From Antechinus flavipes (lineage: Eukaryota): a DNA stretch of 64,000 bases. Location of the stretch: contig NC_067400.1 of NCBI RefSeq assembly GCF_016432865.1, forward strand, positions 622,170,001 to 622,234,000. Direction: 5' to 3'. Position 1 is the stretch's first letter, and each line of letters opens with the position of its first letter. Below are positions 1-10,130 of the stretch, piece by piece. Made by a program: the position numbers and the translations under genes. The notes under the pieces were generated by a model. The model searched no databases. It saw only the letters and a program-made list of their open reading frames with translations, and had not been told where the DNA came from.

Positions 1-384
1 AAATGTTCCCAGTGGAAATCCCCCAAACCCAACACTGTTAGAGTTGGACGAGCTGAGCTGACATCCTGGTTCTCCCCACTCCTTGCTTGGCTCATGGAAG
101 GAAAACTTTTTCATCTCTTTCATCATGAAAGATTTTTATTCTTCATTTATGGGGCTTTGGGGAAGCATCATTGAAATAAAGCACCTGAAAATTCTTTAAA
201 TAAAATGATAATAATGGGTTATTGTTAGTAGTATAAGGACATCTAAGTGATACAGTGGATAGATGACCTGGCCGAAGTCAGTGATGGTCATGATGGAGTG
301 CCAAAGTGAGGCAGAAAGAACATCAGAATTGAGAGGGGAGAAGCAAGAGAGACTTCCTGGCAACATATAAAAACACTATCTTAT

Positions 385-590
385 GGTTGTTGTTGTTCAA
401 TTATGAGTGACTCTTTAGGACCCCAAGTGGGGTTTCTTTGGCAAAGATACTGGAGTAGTTTGCCATTCCCTTCTATAATTTATTTTACAAATGAGGAAAC
501 TGAGATATTAAGGGTTAAGTGAGATGCCCAGGCTCACATAGTGTCTAAAGTTGGATTTCAGCTCAGGTCTTCCTGTCTCCAATCTTGTCC
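385..590 (-). mobile_element. MAR1-type CORE-SINE (marsupial)
   Basis: Contains ggcaaagatactggagtagtttgccattccc and ttttacaaatgaggaaactgag (reverse complement of the CORE gcctcagtttcctcatctgtaaaa), plus a (ttg)n tail at the left end. Subfamily name from recall. Confidence 0.75.
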
Positions 591-1620
591 CACTATCCAC
601 CATGACACCTGGTTGCTCCTTAACCAATCAACATTTATAGAATGTTGTTCCATTACTGCTATTAAGACAATTGTTTTGATTAGTCTTAGTGAACTTATTT
701 TTTTTTCTTTTCTTTTTAGATTCTTTATTGTAAGATATAGTGCTTCGGAAGGGAGGGGATGTAAGCCAAGTATAAAGAAAAGATAGCAATACAATCTGCC
801 CCCTTTTTAAAAGACAGTATTAAGCAGTGGAATGGCCAGAACTGGGGTCAGTATTCAAATTTCACCTCTCACTAAATGACAGCAACAAGTAACAAGTTAC
901 AACTTCTCAGTGCTCCCCCCAAAACTTGCCAAAGCTCAGTATCATGAAGGATTTGTTGATCCACATTGGTGAAGGGATTTCCCACATTTGTGAAAGAAGA
1001 GGTCTGAACAGCAAAATAAATAATCAAAGCAACAAGCAGTATTAGTTTAAATCTAATGTCAAAAGATCTGAGTTCATATCCTTTTTCTCCTATTTCTTTT
1101 CTATGTATACATTGGAAATACTCACTTTTAATGAAACTCTGTGTTCATAGTTGTGAAATTGATTTTCCCAGGGCCTTTCTTCTCTAAATACTCTAATCCT
1201 ACTGATACTAGACTAAGTTTTTCTTGTCTAAATGAGACCTTTATATATATAAAATGTTAAATTACATAATTAGCTTGAATATTCAAACTCTGGCAGCTAA
1301 GGATAACATTTGGACTGATCTAACCCATTGAGCTGCTTATAATGAGGATGAGATATGATCTCAGGATAAATGATTTTTAGCATCATAATAATATCACTCT
1401 ATCCAATAGATGAGCTAAATTCCACAAACAATTCAGGAAAGTTTCCTATGTGACACAACCAGCTTTTTCTCTCCCCCCCCCACGCATACACAAAGCATAA
1501 TCAGACCAAAAAGCATCCTCAGCAGTTTCCAGGGGGAAAAAAATCCCCCTTGCCTTGCTTATCATTCCTGTTCCCTGTCATCTCATGTAGATCAGTCACT
1601 ACAAGAAATTAGTCAGTTTA

Positions 1621-2189
1621 CCATCAATTGGAGAATGGTTGAGTAAATTGTGGTATGTGAACATTATGGAATATTACTGTTCTGTAAGGAATGACCAGCA
1701 GGATGAATACAGAGAGGACTGGCGAGACTTACATGAACTGATGCTAAGTGAAATGAGCAGAACCAGGAGAATGTTATATACCTCAACAATGATACTGTTT
1801 GAGGATGTATTCTGATGGAAGTGGATCTCTTCGATAAAGAGAGCTAATTCAGTCTCAATTGATCAAAGATGGACAGAAGCAGCTACACCCAACGAAAAAA
1901 CACTGGGAAATGAATATAAATTGCTTGCATTTTTGTTTTTCTTCCCGGGTAATTTATACCTTCTGAATCCAATTCTCCCTGTGCAACAAGAAAACTGTTC
2001 AGTTCTGCACACATATATTGTATGTAGTATATACTGTAACTTATTCAACATGTAAAGGACTGCTTGCCATCTGGGGGAGGGGGTGGAGGGAGGGAGGGGA
2101 AAAATCAGAACAGAAGTAAATGCAAGGGATAATGCTGTAAAAAAATTACCCTGGCATGGGTTCTGTCAATAAAAAAGTTATTAAAAAAA
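1621..2189 (+). mobile_element. 5'-truncated L1 (ORF2 end plus 3' UTR, poly-A) with 18-bp TSD
   Basis: Has the L1 3' motif ccatcaattggagaatggttg...aatgaccagcaggatgaatacagagagg, a G-rich tract, AATAAA and an A-tail. TSD aagaaattagtcagttta at 1603-1620 and 2190-2207. Confidence 0.93.
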
Positions 2190-2452
2190 AAGAAATTAGT
2201 CAGTTTAACTTTCGTGCTTTCCTTATGTTAGAATAACCATAACCTTCCCAGCCTTGGAGGCCCCCAACAGTTGTTCTATGGAGCTCAAAGATCATTTTTC
2301 TTTTTCAGCATAATCATGGAAAGGACCTCAAAGACAACACAATTTTCTTATGCTACAGATAAGGGTTTGGAGATCTGATGAGATGGAGTGCCCAGGAACA
2401 GTACAATTGACAGGAGCCCTCAGATGATGAACTTAGGTTCTGACCTTACTTC

Positions 2453-2453
<1 letters not shown>

Positions 2454-2500
<47 letters not shown>
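2454..2500. repeat. (CA)n microsatellite
   Basis: Perfect CA run read directly. Confidence 0.98.
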
Positions 2501-2503
<3 letters not shown>

Positions 2504-2689
2504 AGCTCTTCCTCTCATTTCACTTATATTCAATCCTTCAACTATGTAGTCCTTTGAAAGCAGGTGCAGGCAAGGAAATCTATATATTTAAACTTCTCTC
2601 AGTTCTTTAATTTGGGACAAAACTTCAACTTTTCTTGATTATGACTTGAATTCCTGATGCTATACATGGAGCTGTGTAAGATGACATCC

Positions 2690-3840
2690 TCCCATATAGT
2701 CCCACATGCACATTATACATGACTACCAAGAGTCTCTCTCAAGAATCTTAGACTCCTGATCTGGGAAGGGACTTCTAGAGGAAAAGGCTTCCTCCTTGCT
2801 TTTGAGTATTTCATGCATCTACTTTCCCTGATGGAGGAAATGCTGTTTTTCCTTCCAGAAGGAAATTTTGCAGATTTCTTTGGTCCCATGTTCTCTCACA
2901 TGTATAGCTAGAATTTTATCTTTTTAAAAATTTAAATCTCATCCTATGAAGCATAATATAAAAGCTGAGCTTTCTGACCATATTTGCCACTTATTAATTA
3001 TTGTCTATGTACACATAATTTCTCTCTGTCTATTCCCTCATTGATAAATGAGTAGCAATATTAGATTGCTCACACCAAAAGATTGTGGAGGGAAAAGCCC
3101 TCTGTACATGAAAAATTCTAACTACTAAACTAAAGTGTACATGAAAAATTCTAATTAATAAACTATTCTTCTTCTTCTTCTACTTTCCAGGCCACAGTAG
3201 GAAAGGATTTTCCCAGTCATTCTTCAAAAGTCCCCTGCTTGCACAGAGAACATAATTCTGATATTCTCTCACCTCTATACTTGATGGTGTTCATCATATC
3301 TTTAGGATGCCATTTCTCAGCCCTGATAATTTCCTCAAAGCTAGTGGATGTGATGAAAGCTAAACTGTAATACTATACACAGTCTCTTACAAGCTCCTTT
3401 GTGCTAGTGGTTCTGTTTCTGAAGTCACTGTCCCTGCTGTCCAAGTCCTTGGGGAGATCCCTTTGCCCTACAACTAACACTTAATCTGAGCTTTGTTTCT
3501 TTGGAGAGTATCCTGGCTCTAAACCCACAGAAAGATGGCCTTTCCTGCTGAGATCACTGTTGGCTTGTATATCTACCAATGAAAGGCCACGAGGGACTAG
3601 CATGACATGGCCTCACTGACTAAAAGATTAATGATAGCATATCAGAGAAGGACACCACTTGAGAAATCATCTTTTTCAAACCCTTTATCTTATAGTCATT
3701 GACACTAATTTCTGTGGAGAAGTGGCTAGTTGACTTTCTGATGGATTCTAAATTACAAGCACAGTGCCTTACAGGCAGTCAAGTTAAGTGTTCTTCTCAG
3801 GACTAGGAAGGTTGGAATTTTAAAACTGAAAGTCACCTCC
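2690..3840 (+). repeat. Segmental paralog block (OR2AJ downstream flank); paralog at about 52800-53937
   Basis: Collinear match from atagtcccacat(g/t)cacattatacatgac to gaaagt(c/t)acctcc, roughly 85% identical by eye. Confidence 0.9.
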
Positions 3841-5020
3841 CGAGAAAGAAATTTGTGACCAAAGATGAACTAGAGACCATTACTGATCACAAAATATAAA
3901 ATTTTCATTACATCAAATTAAAAAGCCTTTGTACAAACAAAACTAATGCAAACAAGATTAGAAGGGAAGCAACAAACTGGGAAAACATCTTCACAGTTGA
4001 AGGTTCTGATAAAGGCCTCATTTCCAAAATATATAGAGAATTGACTCTAATTTACAAGAAATCAAGCCATTCTCCAATTGATAAATGGTCAAAGAATAAG
4101 AACAGACAATTTTCACATGATGAAATTGAAACTATTACCACTCATATGAAAGGGTGTTCCAAATCACTATTGATCAGAGAAATGCAAATTAAGACAACTC
4201 TGAGATACCACTACACATCTGTCAGATTGGCTAAGATGACAAGAAATAATAATGATGAATGTTGGAGGGGATGCGGGAAAACTGGGACACTGGTGCATTG
4301 TTGGTGGAGTTATGAACAAATACAACCATTCTGGAGAGCAATCTGGAATTATGCCCAAAAAGTTATCAAACTGTGCATACCCTTTGATCCAGCAGTGTTA
4401 CTTCTGGGCTTATATCCCAAAGAAATACTAAAGAAGGGAAAGGGACCTGTATGTGCCAAAATGTTTGTGGCAGCCCTATTTGTAGTGGCTATAAACTGGA
4501 AAATGAATGGATGCCCATCAATTGGAGAATGGTTGGGTAAATTGTGGTATATGAAGGTTATGGAATATTATTGTCCTGTAAGAAATGACCAGCAGGATGA
4601 ATACAGAGAAGCTTGAAGAGACTTACATGAACTGATGCTAAATGAAATGAGCAGAACCAGGAGATCCTTATATACTTCAACAACGATACTGTATGAAGAT
4701 GTATTCTGATGGAAGTGGATTTCTTTGATAAAGAGACCTAACTCAGTTTCAATTGATCAGTGATGGACAGAAGCAGTTACACCTAAAGAAAGAACACTGG
4801 GAAATGAATATAAACCATTTGCATTTTTGTTTTTCTTCCTGGGTTATTTTTACATTCTGAATCCAATTCTCCCTGTGCAACAAGAGAACTGTTCAATTCT
4901 GCACATAAATATTGTATCTAGGATATACTGCAACATATTTAACATATATAGCACTGCTTGCCATCTAGATGAGGGGGTGGAGGGAGGGAGGGGAAAAATC
5001 AGAACAGAAGTGAGTGCAAG
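3841..5020 (+). mobile_element. L1 fragment (ORF2 C-terminal region plus 3' UTR), truncated at both ends, no poly-A
   Basis: ORF 4041-4616 carries L1 ORF2 C-terminal motifs (EMQIKTTLRYH, CWRGCGKTGTLVHCWW, IPFDPAVLLLGLYPKE). The 3' UTR stops at gtgagtgcaag, where sister copies continue ggataatgctg. Confidence 0.95.
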
Positions 5021-5161
5021 AATCAAAACTGTATTTCCTGTAATTGCTACCATAAAAATGATGAGAATAAGTGTTAAGAATAAGAATCCATACTGATTTC
5101 GATGCAATAATCCTAAAAGAATGAAATCTTTAGGAAAAGTCTGATTCTTTTCTTCCCACAT
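5018..5161 (-). pseudogene. OR2AJ-like 5' remnant (first 48 codons: N-terminus and TM1) fused to antisense L1 3' UTR
   Basis: Translates as MWEEKNQTFPKDFILLGLLHRNQYGFLFLTLILIIFMVAITGNTVLIL. Region 5018-5572 matches 9169-9723 at an offset of 4151, about 95% identical by eye. Confidence 0.93.
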
Positions 5162-6084
5162 CGGTATTATTTCACTTTTTCTACCTAAAGTCCAAAAAAA
5201 AAAAGTTTTAGAAAAAGAATACTGGATAAACACAAAGCCCAAGACTGAGTCTGTGGCTAAAAATCATTACTATCATAAAAGTCATTTCATTTTCTTAGGT
5301 CAATAAATTTCAACTCAAAGAAATAAATCAAATAAATCGCTTAAATTAACTGAGACTTTGAGATGATCAATTCATGGTTCAGGTGCTGAAAAAAATGGCT
5401 CATCTTCATTCATTATCCTTTCTTAGATGATTTCTTATCTTGATAAGTCAATAGGAAACTGATACAGCCTCTCAAGGCCTGGTCTTCCCTCCTAATTGAA
5501 GAGCAAGAAACACATTCCAATGCAATGAAGAGATCAGAAATTAATGGATCCTTGGGAGGAGAACTATTTGTATTGGTGGTTTTGTCTACTTTAAATCTCT
5601 CTATTCTTGCTTTGCTTTCAAATGCAATAGTTTTAAAAAATGAATAGGTTAATATTTATAATATCAAACAGGAAACAAAGTTGACCAAATTAATATTTAT
5701 TCAGGAATCCAAACTTACAAATCCAAAGTTACATATAGATATTGCCCCAAAATATCATGATCAACTATGTGATAGTACTGGCTAAAACAAAAGTAACTCT
5801 TAGCATCTAGGCTTGAAGAGCAAAGATATATCCAATAAACTGCCTAAATTTCAAAACCAAAAATAATTTTTGGATAAATCTTCACATCTTTCATATCAAA
5901 GGTCATTTGATAAAAAAAGGAAGTCAGGGTCAGTAAATATAAAACATAATAACCATTTGCTAGCCTTCATATTGAATTTAAAAATAGATCTAGTTCCTTT
6001 GGTAAGACCAAGATAAGAAAAGTAGATTTTAAAAAATGATATAGCTACATAAATTCTTCATTCAGCATTATTTAAATCACTCAT

Positions 6085-6250
6085 CATCTTAGTTTTGTCT
6101 TGTCATTGGACTTTCAGTGCTCTGGACAGATTGAGGCTCATGACTTTTTGAAACTCTGAATTATTCAAATTTAATTCAAGCACAAGTCAAGTCATTGCCC
6201 TGGGATGTCATTAGTCCTCTTTGAAAATAAAAGATGAACAACATCATTTG
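6085..6250 (+). mobile_element. RTE-type 3' end fragment (paralog about 58735-58900)
   Basis: gatgactttt...aattcaagcacaagtcaag...gatgtcattagtcctctttgaaaataaaagatgaacaaca resembles marsupial RTE/RTE-SINE tails (recall). Confidence 0.55.
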
Positions 6251-6272
6251 GATAAATAAATTCAGAAAATTA

Positions 6273-6640
6273 TTAACATGGGAGGGTAAAGACTAAATAA
6301 TGGAATTGCTGGATCAACCAGGGTATGCACAGTTTCATAGAAATTTGGACATAATTCCAAATTGCTCTCCAGAGTGCTCGGATCGTTTCACAATTCCACC
6401 AACAATGCATTAATAACCCAGTTGTCTCACATCCCCTCCAAAATTTATCATTACCTTTTGCTGTGATCTTAGTCAATCTGAGAGGTGTGTGGTGGTACCA
6501 CAGAGTTATTTTAGTTTTAATTTCTCTAATCAATAGTGGTTAGATCTCCTTTGAATTTCAGGATGTCTAATTTGGTATTTAATTGGGGCTTTTTTATTTT
6601 GTTCTCTTCCTGGCTTTTTTATTTGCATGCCCAATTCATT
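6273..6640 (-). mobile_element. Old L1 ORF2 fragments
   Basis: ORF 6273-6533 carries the degenerate L1 motif WRGCETTGLLMHCWWNCE. Confidence 0.8.
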
Positions 6641-7738
6641 GATCTCTTTCTCTCTTTTTTCAAGTGAGGGCTTTTTTTGGGACAGCTAGATGGGAGAGAC
6701 ATGGACATGTGTATAGACAGTAGGAAATGAACTAGTAGACAGGAAGAGATTGAAAATTAGGGATAGCATAAGGATAACAGAGGGAGATAGTCTGTTGGAG
6801 GACACAGTAAAGAATGTATTTCTTGAGTGTGTAGGGGGATTAAGTTTAATAAAGATTAAAGCTACTTCATCATGTGAGATAGAGAGAAGAAGGAGATAGT
6901 TGGAAAAGGCATAAGAGTAATATGCAATAAGGTTGAGGAAAGAAAATGAAATTTCTTACCTCATTTTTTTTCTGCAAAAGATGAGACAAAGCTCTCAGCT
7001 GAGATGGAGAGAACATGGAGAGCCATGTGAGACTTAAGGATGAATGAAAAATTTTGAAAGAGCCTTTGGGGAGAATAGTATTGTATGTGAGTAGGCAGAT
7101 GTAGTAGGATATCCTGGTAGCACTGAGGGTCCAGTTGAGATTGCAAGTCATTTACATGTTGTTGCCCTATTCAGAATGGCCACTGGAGTTTCTTCAGTTT
7201 TGTTCAGCAGAATATGTACAGGAGTGAAGGTAGTAAATGATGAATGAAAACAATAAAACATGGGAAAGAAGAGAACAGTGTGTACTCTGTACAATCCATA
7301 TTATTAAATACCATGAATGAACATAGAAAGGATATAAAGCCCAAGGTCCTAAAGATTTCATGTTGTATTAGATACACAAGAGAGAGTAAGTTGGTTCATG
7401 ACATAGGAAAAACAGAATTAGAATAAGTTGAAGGATAAATTCTTAATATCAAGATATATACAAATATGAGTATATATTATATAAAAGGGCTTTAGAATAT
7501 TGGATAGATTATCAAATATTTATGATTTAGCATGCTGAAAAAAACTCATAAGATATAAAGTCACAGAAGGGTCATGTTATATATCAGTAGTGAGATAAAG
7601 TCACATATCAACCAATAATTCTGAAACCTAGATAAGTGTATTCATTGGTTCAAAGGGAAAACCTAAGATCATCGGCAATCACACCATCACAACCATATTT
7701 CCTATATATTCAGGATAAAATTATTTCTTTTGCCAGTA

Positions 7739-7889
7739 NNNNNNNNNNNNNNNNNNNNNNNNNNNNNNNNNNNNNNNNNNNNNNNNNNNNNNNNNNNNNN
7801 NNNNNNNNNNNNNNNNNNNNNNNNNNNNNNNNNNNNNNNNNNNNNNNNNNNNNNNNNNNNNNNNNNNNNNNNNNNNNNNNNNNNNNNNN
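7739..7889. other. Assembly gap; others at 24992-25130, 37404-37553, 43351-43489 and 55188-55322
   Basis: Runs of n, mostly next to microsatellites or A-rich L1 tails. Confidence 0.99.
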
Positions 7890-8367
7890 GAGTAAACCCT
7901 GGAGCAGTTGGATTTCAGATAGTTGGCCAGTGAGGAATTCCCTGACACAATCCACATGTAATATTGAGAAAAATGGAGTCTGATAGTATGTGATTAAGAA
8001 AGATTTTTGCTGTGAATCACAGAAATTTTAAACTAGCTTAAAATATTTTAATACTTGGTTGCTACCCTCTACATATGAGATCATTGTGCAATGGAAATAC
8101 TGAAACATGAATCAAGAATATATTTCTTAGTCTAAATTGAAGTAAAATTCATGTGACAAATTTATAACAAATAAATAGAATGACCAATAGAATTTCCCGG
8201 GAGAGCCACATATGTAGTTGTTTGAATTGATTTCATTGTATATTTAAAAGTAGCAAGAATAATCATTTGTTGTGTCAAATCCCAAAATGCATGAATACTA
8301 TTTAGGATAATTTCCACACATTTCTAATAGGTCATCAATGGACATAAAATCTGATTTTAAATAAATA

Positions 8368-9312
8368 TTAATTTCTGTGCACAAGCACCTTTCCTAAAAC
8401 CTTCTTCAGGGCACATAAGACATCTTTATTTCTGAGACTATAGATGATAGGGTTGAGCATAGGAGTAAGAATGGTATATAAGATGGCTAAGACCTTGTCC
8501 TGACCTGGAGTGTGATATGATCTTGGTCTCATATATGTAAAAATACATGGCCCATAGTACATGATAACCACAACCAGATGGGAGGAACAAGTGGAGAAGG
8601 CTTTTTTCTGGGCCTCCATAGATTTAATGTGAAGCACAGTACGGAGAATCTGACAATAAGAGGCAAGAATGATGGAAAAGGGAGTGAGGAGGAAAACTAC
8701 ACCACTCACATTGACTCCTCCTTCATAGTGCGATGTGTCAACACAGGAGAGTTTCAACATGGCTGGGACTTCACAGAAGAAGTGGTCAATGGCTCTTGTG
8801 CCACAAAAAGGGAGGTGCAGTACATAAGTTGTGTGAATTGTAGAGTTGATGGTTCCCACAAGCCAGCATCCTGCAGCCAGAAGGACACTGATCCGATGGC
8901 TCATGAGGATGGGGTAATGCAGTGGGCGGCAGATAGCTACATAGCGATCATAGGACATGGCTGAGAGAAGAAGGCATTCAGAACCCAAAAAAATTAGGGA
9001 GAAGAAAACCTGCACTCCACAACCTGCAAATGAGATGGACTTCCTGCCTGATATGAAGTTGCTGGCCATCTTGGGAACAATGTTGGAGATGTGCAATATA
9101 TCCATAAAGGAGAGATGGCTGAGAAGAAAATACATTGGAGTGTGGAGCCAGATCTCAAAGCGAATCAGAAGAATCAAAACTGTATTTCCTGTAATTGCTA
9201 CCATAAAAATGATGAGAATAAGTGTTAAGAATAGGAATCCATACTGGTTTTGATGCAATAATCCTAAAAGAATGAAATCTTTAGGAAAAGTCTGATTCTT
9301 TTCTTCCCACAT
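8368..9312 (-). CDS. Olfactory receptor, family 2 (OR2AJ1-like), 314 aa, intact
   Basis: OR motifs GN, LHTPMYFLLSHLS, MSYDRYVAIC, HFFCEVP, KAFSTCSSH and PMLNPIIYSLRN are present, with N-terminal sequon NQT. DILHISNIVPKM and RSYHTPGQDK match my recollection of human OR2AJ1. Orthology not tested. Confidence 0.96.
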   Translation of the reverse strand: MWEEKNQTFPKDFILLGLLHQNQYGFLFLTLILIIFMVAITGNTVLILLIRFEIWLHTPMYFLLSHLSFMDILHISNIVPKMASNFISGRKSISFAGCGVQVFFSLIFLGSECLLLSAMSYDRYVAICRPLHYPILMSHRISVLLAAGCWLVGTINSTIHTTYVLHLPFCGTRAIDHFFCEVPAMLKLSCVDTSHYEGGVNVSGVVFLLTPFSIILASYCQILRTVLHIKSMEAQKKAFSTCSSHLVVVIMYYGPCIFTYMRPRSYHTPGQDKVLAILYTILTPMLNPIIYSLRNKDVLCALKKVLGKVLVHRN

Positions 9313-9335
9313 CGGTATTATTTCACTTTTTCTAC

Positions 9336-9353
9336 CTAAAGTCCAAAAAAAAA
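9336..9353 (-). promoter_or_regulatory. Likely 3' splice acceptor of the 5'-UTR intron of the OR2AJ-like gene
   Basis: The minus strand reads poly-T...ggactttAG|gtagaaaaagtg, about 23 nt before the ATG. Also present in the remnant (~5185) and the 61.6-kb paralog. A 5'-UTR intron is typical of OR genes. Confidence 0.6.
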
Positions 9354-9889
9354 GGTTTTAGAAAAAGAATATTGGATAAATACAAAGACCAAAACTGAGT
9401 CTGTGGCTAAAAATCATTACTATCATAAAAATCAGTTCATTTTCTTAGGTCAATAAATTTCAATTCAAAGAAATAAATCAAATGAATCACTTGAATTAAC
9501 TGAGACTTTGAGATGATCAATTCATGGTTCAGGTGCTGAAAAAAATGGCTCATCTTCATTCATGATCCTTTCCTAGATGATTTCTTATTTTGATAGGTCA
9601 ACAGGAAACTGATGTAGCCTTTCAAGGCCTGGTTTTTCCTCCTAATTGAAGAGCAAGAAACACATTCCGATGCAATGAAGAGATCAAAAATTAATGGAAC
9701 TTTGGGAGGAGAACTATTTGTAAAATAACTGTCTTTTTCATAATAGCAAGGATTGAAATTTTCTTCAAGAAAGTGATATTTTTTCTTCCAAATATCTTAA
9801 AATTGAGTCCTTTTTTTTTTTTTTTTACAAAATAAATGAGATTCCTATGGCTAATATGGTCTTTTGAATGACGTTTATGATTTCAACTA

Positions 9890-10130
9890 ATATTTACATA
9901 ATGCTTATGATGTTCCAGGCATTTAATTAACTGATTTATAGTTAGTGTGTCTTTTTACCTTCACAACAATTCTGAAAGATGAAATTTTATGCTACTTTTA
10001 CAGATAGTGAAATTAGGGGAAACAGAAGTTAAAAAATTGAATTGCACCAGATCACACAACTAATAAGTATCTGAGGCTAGATTTTAACTGAGGTTTTCTT
10101 GACTCTAGGCCTAGCACTATTTACTCTATC
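9890..10130 (-). mobile_element. MIR/CORE-SINE (paralog about 62200-62440)
   Basis: ttttacagatagtgaaatt...agatcacacaactaataagtatctgaggctagatttt matches the CORE-SINE reverse complement. Confidence 0.7.

Noticed and set aside
2072-2101. G-quadruplex-like G-rich tract (recurs in each young L1 3' UTR)
   Set aside because: This is a known general feature of L1 3' UTRs and is not specific to this locus.
4041-4616. 191-aa ORF and the many related ORFs (17636, 36776, 44851, 49112, 51463)
   Set aside because: These are fragments of L1 ORF1/ORF2. No full-length or intact L1 is present.
7636-7983. ORFs spanning N runs (also near 25.0, 37.4, 43.4 and 55.2 kb)
   Set aside because: They are artefacts of assembly gaps.
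8578-9253. Plus-strand ORFs of 128 and 98 aa (also 24497-24712, 42785-43015, 61089-61271)
   Set aside because: These are antisense shadows of OR coding sequence with no independent motif.
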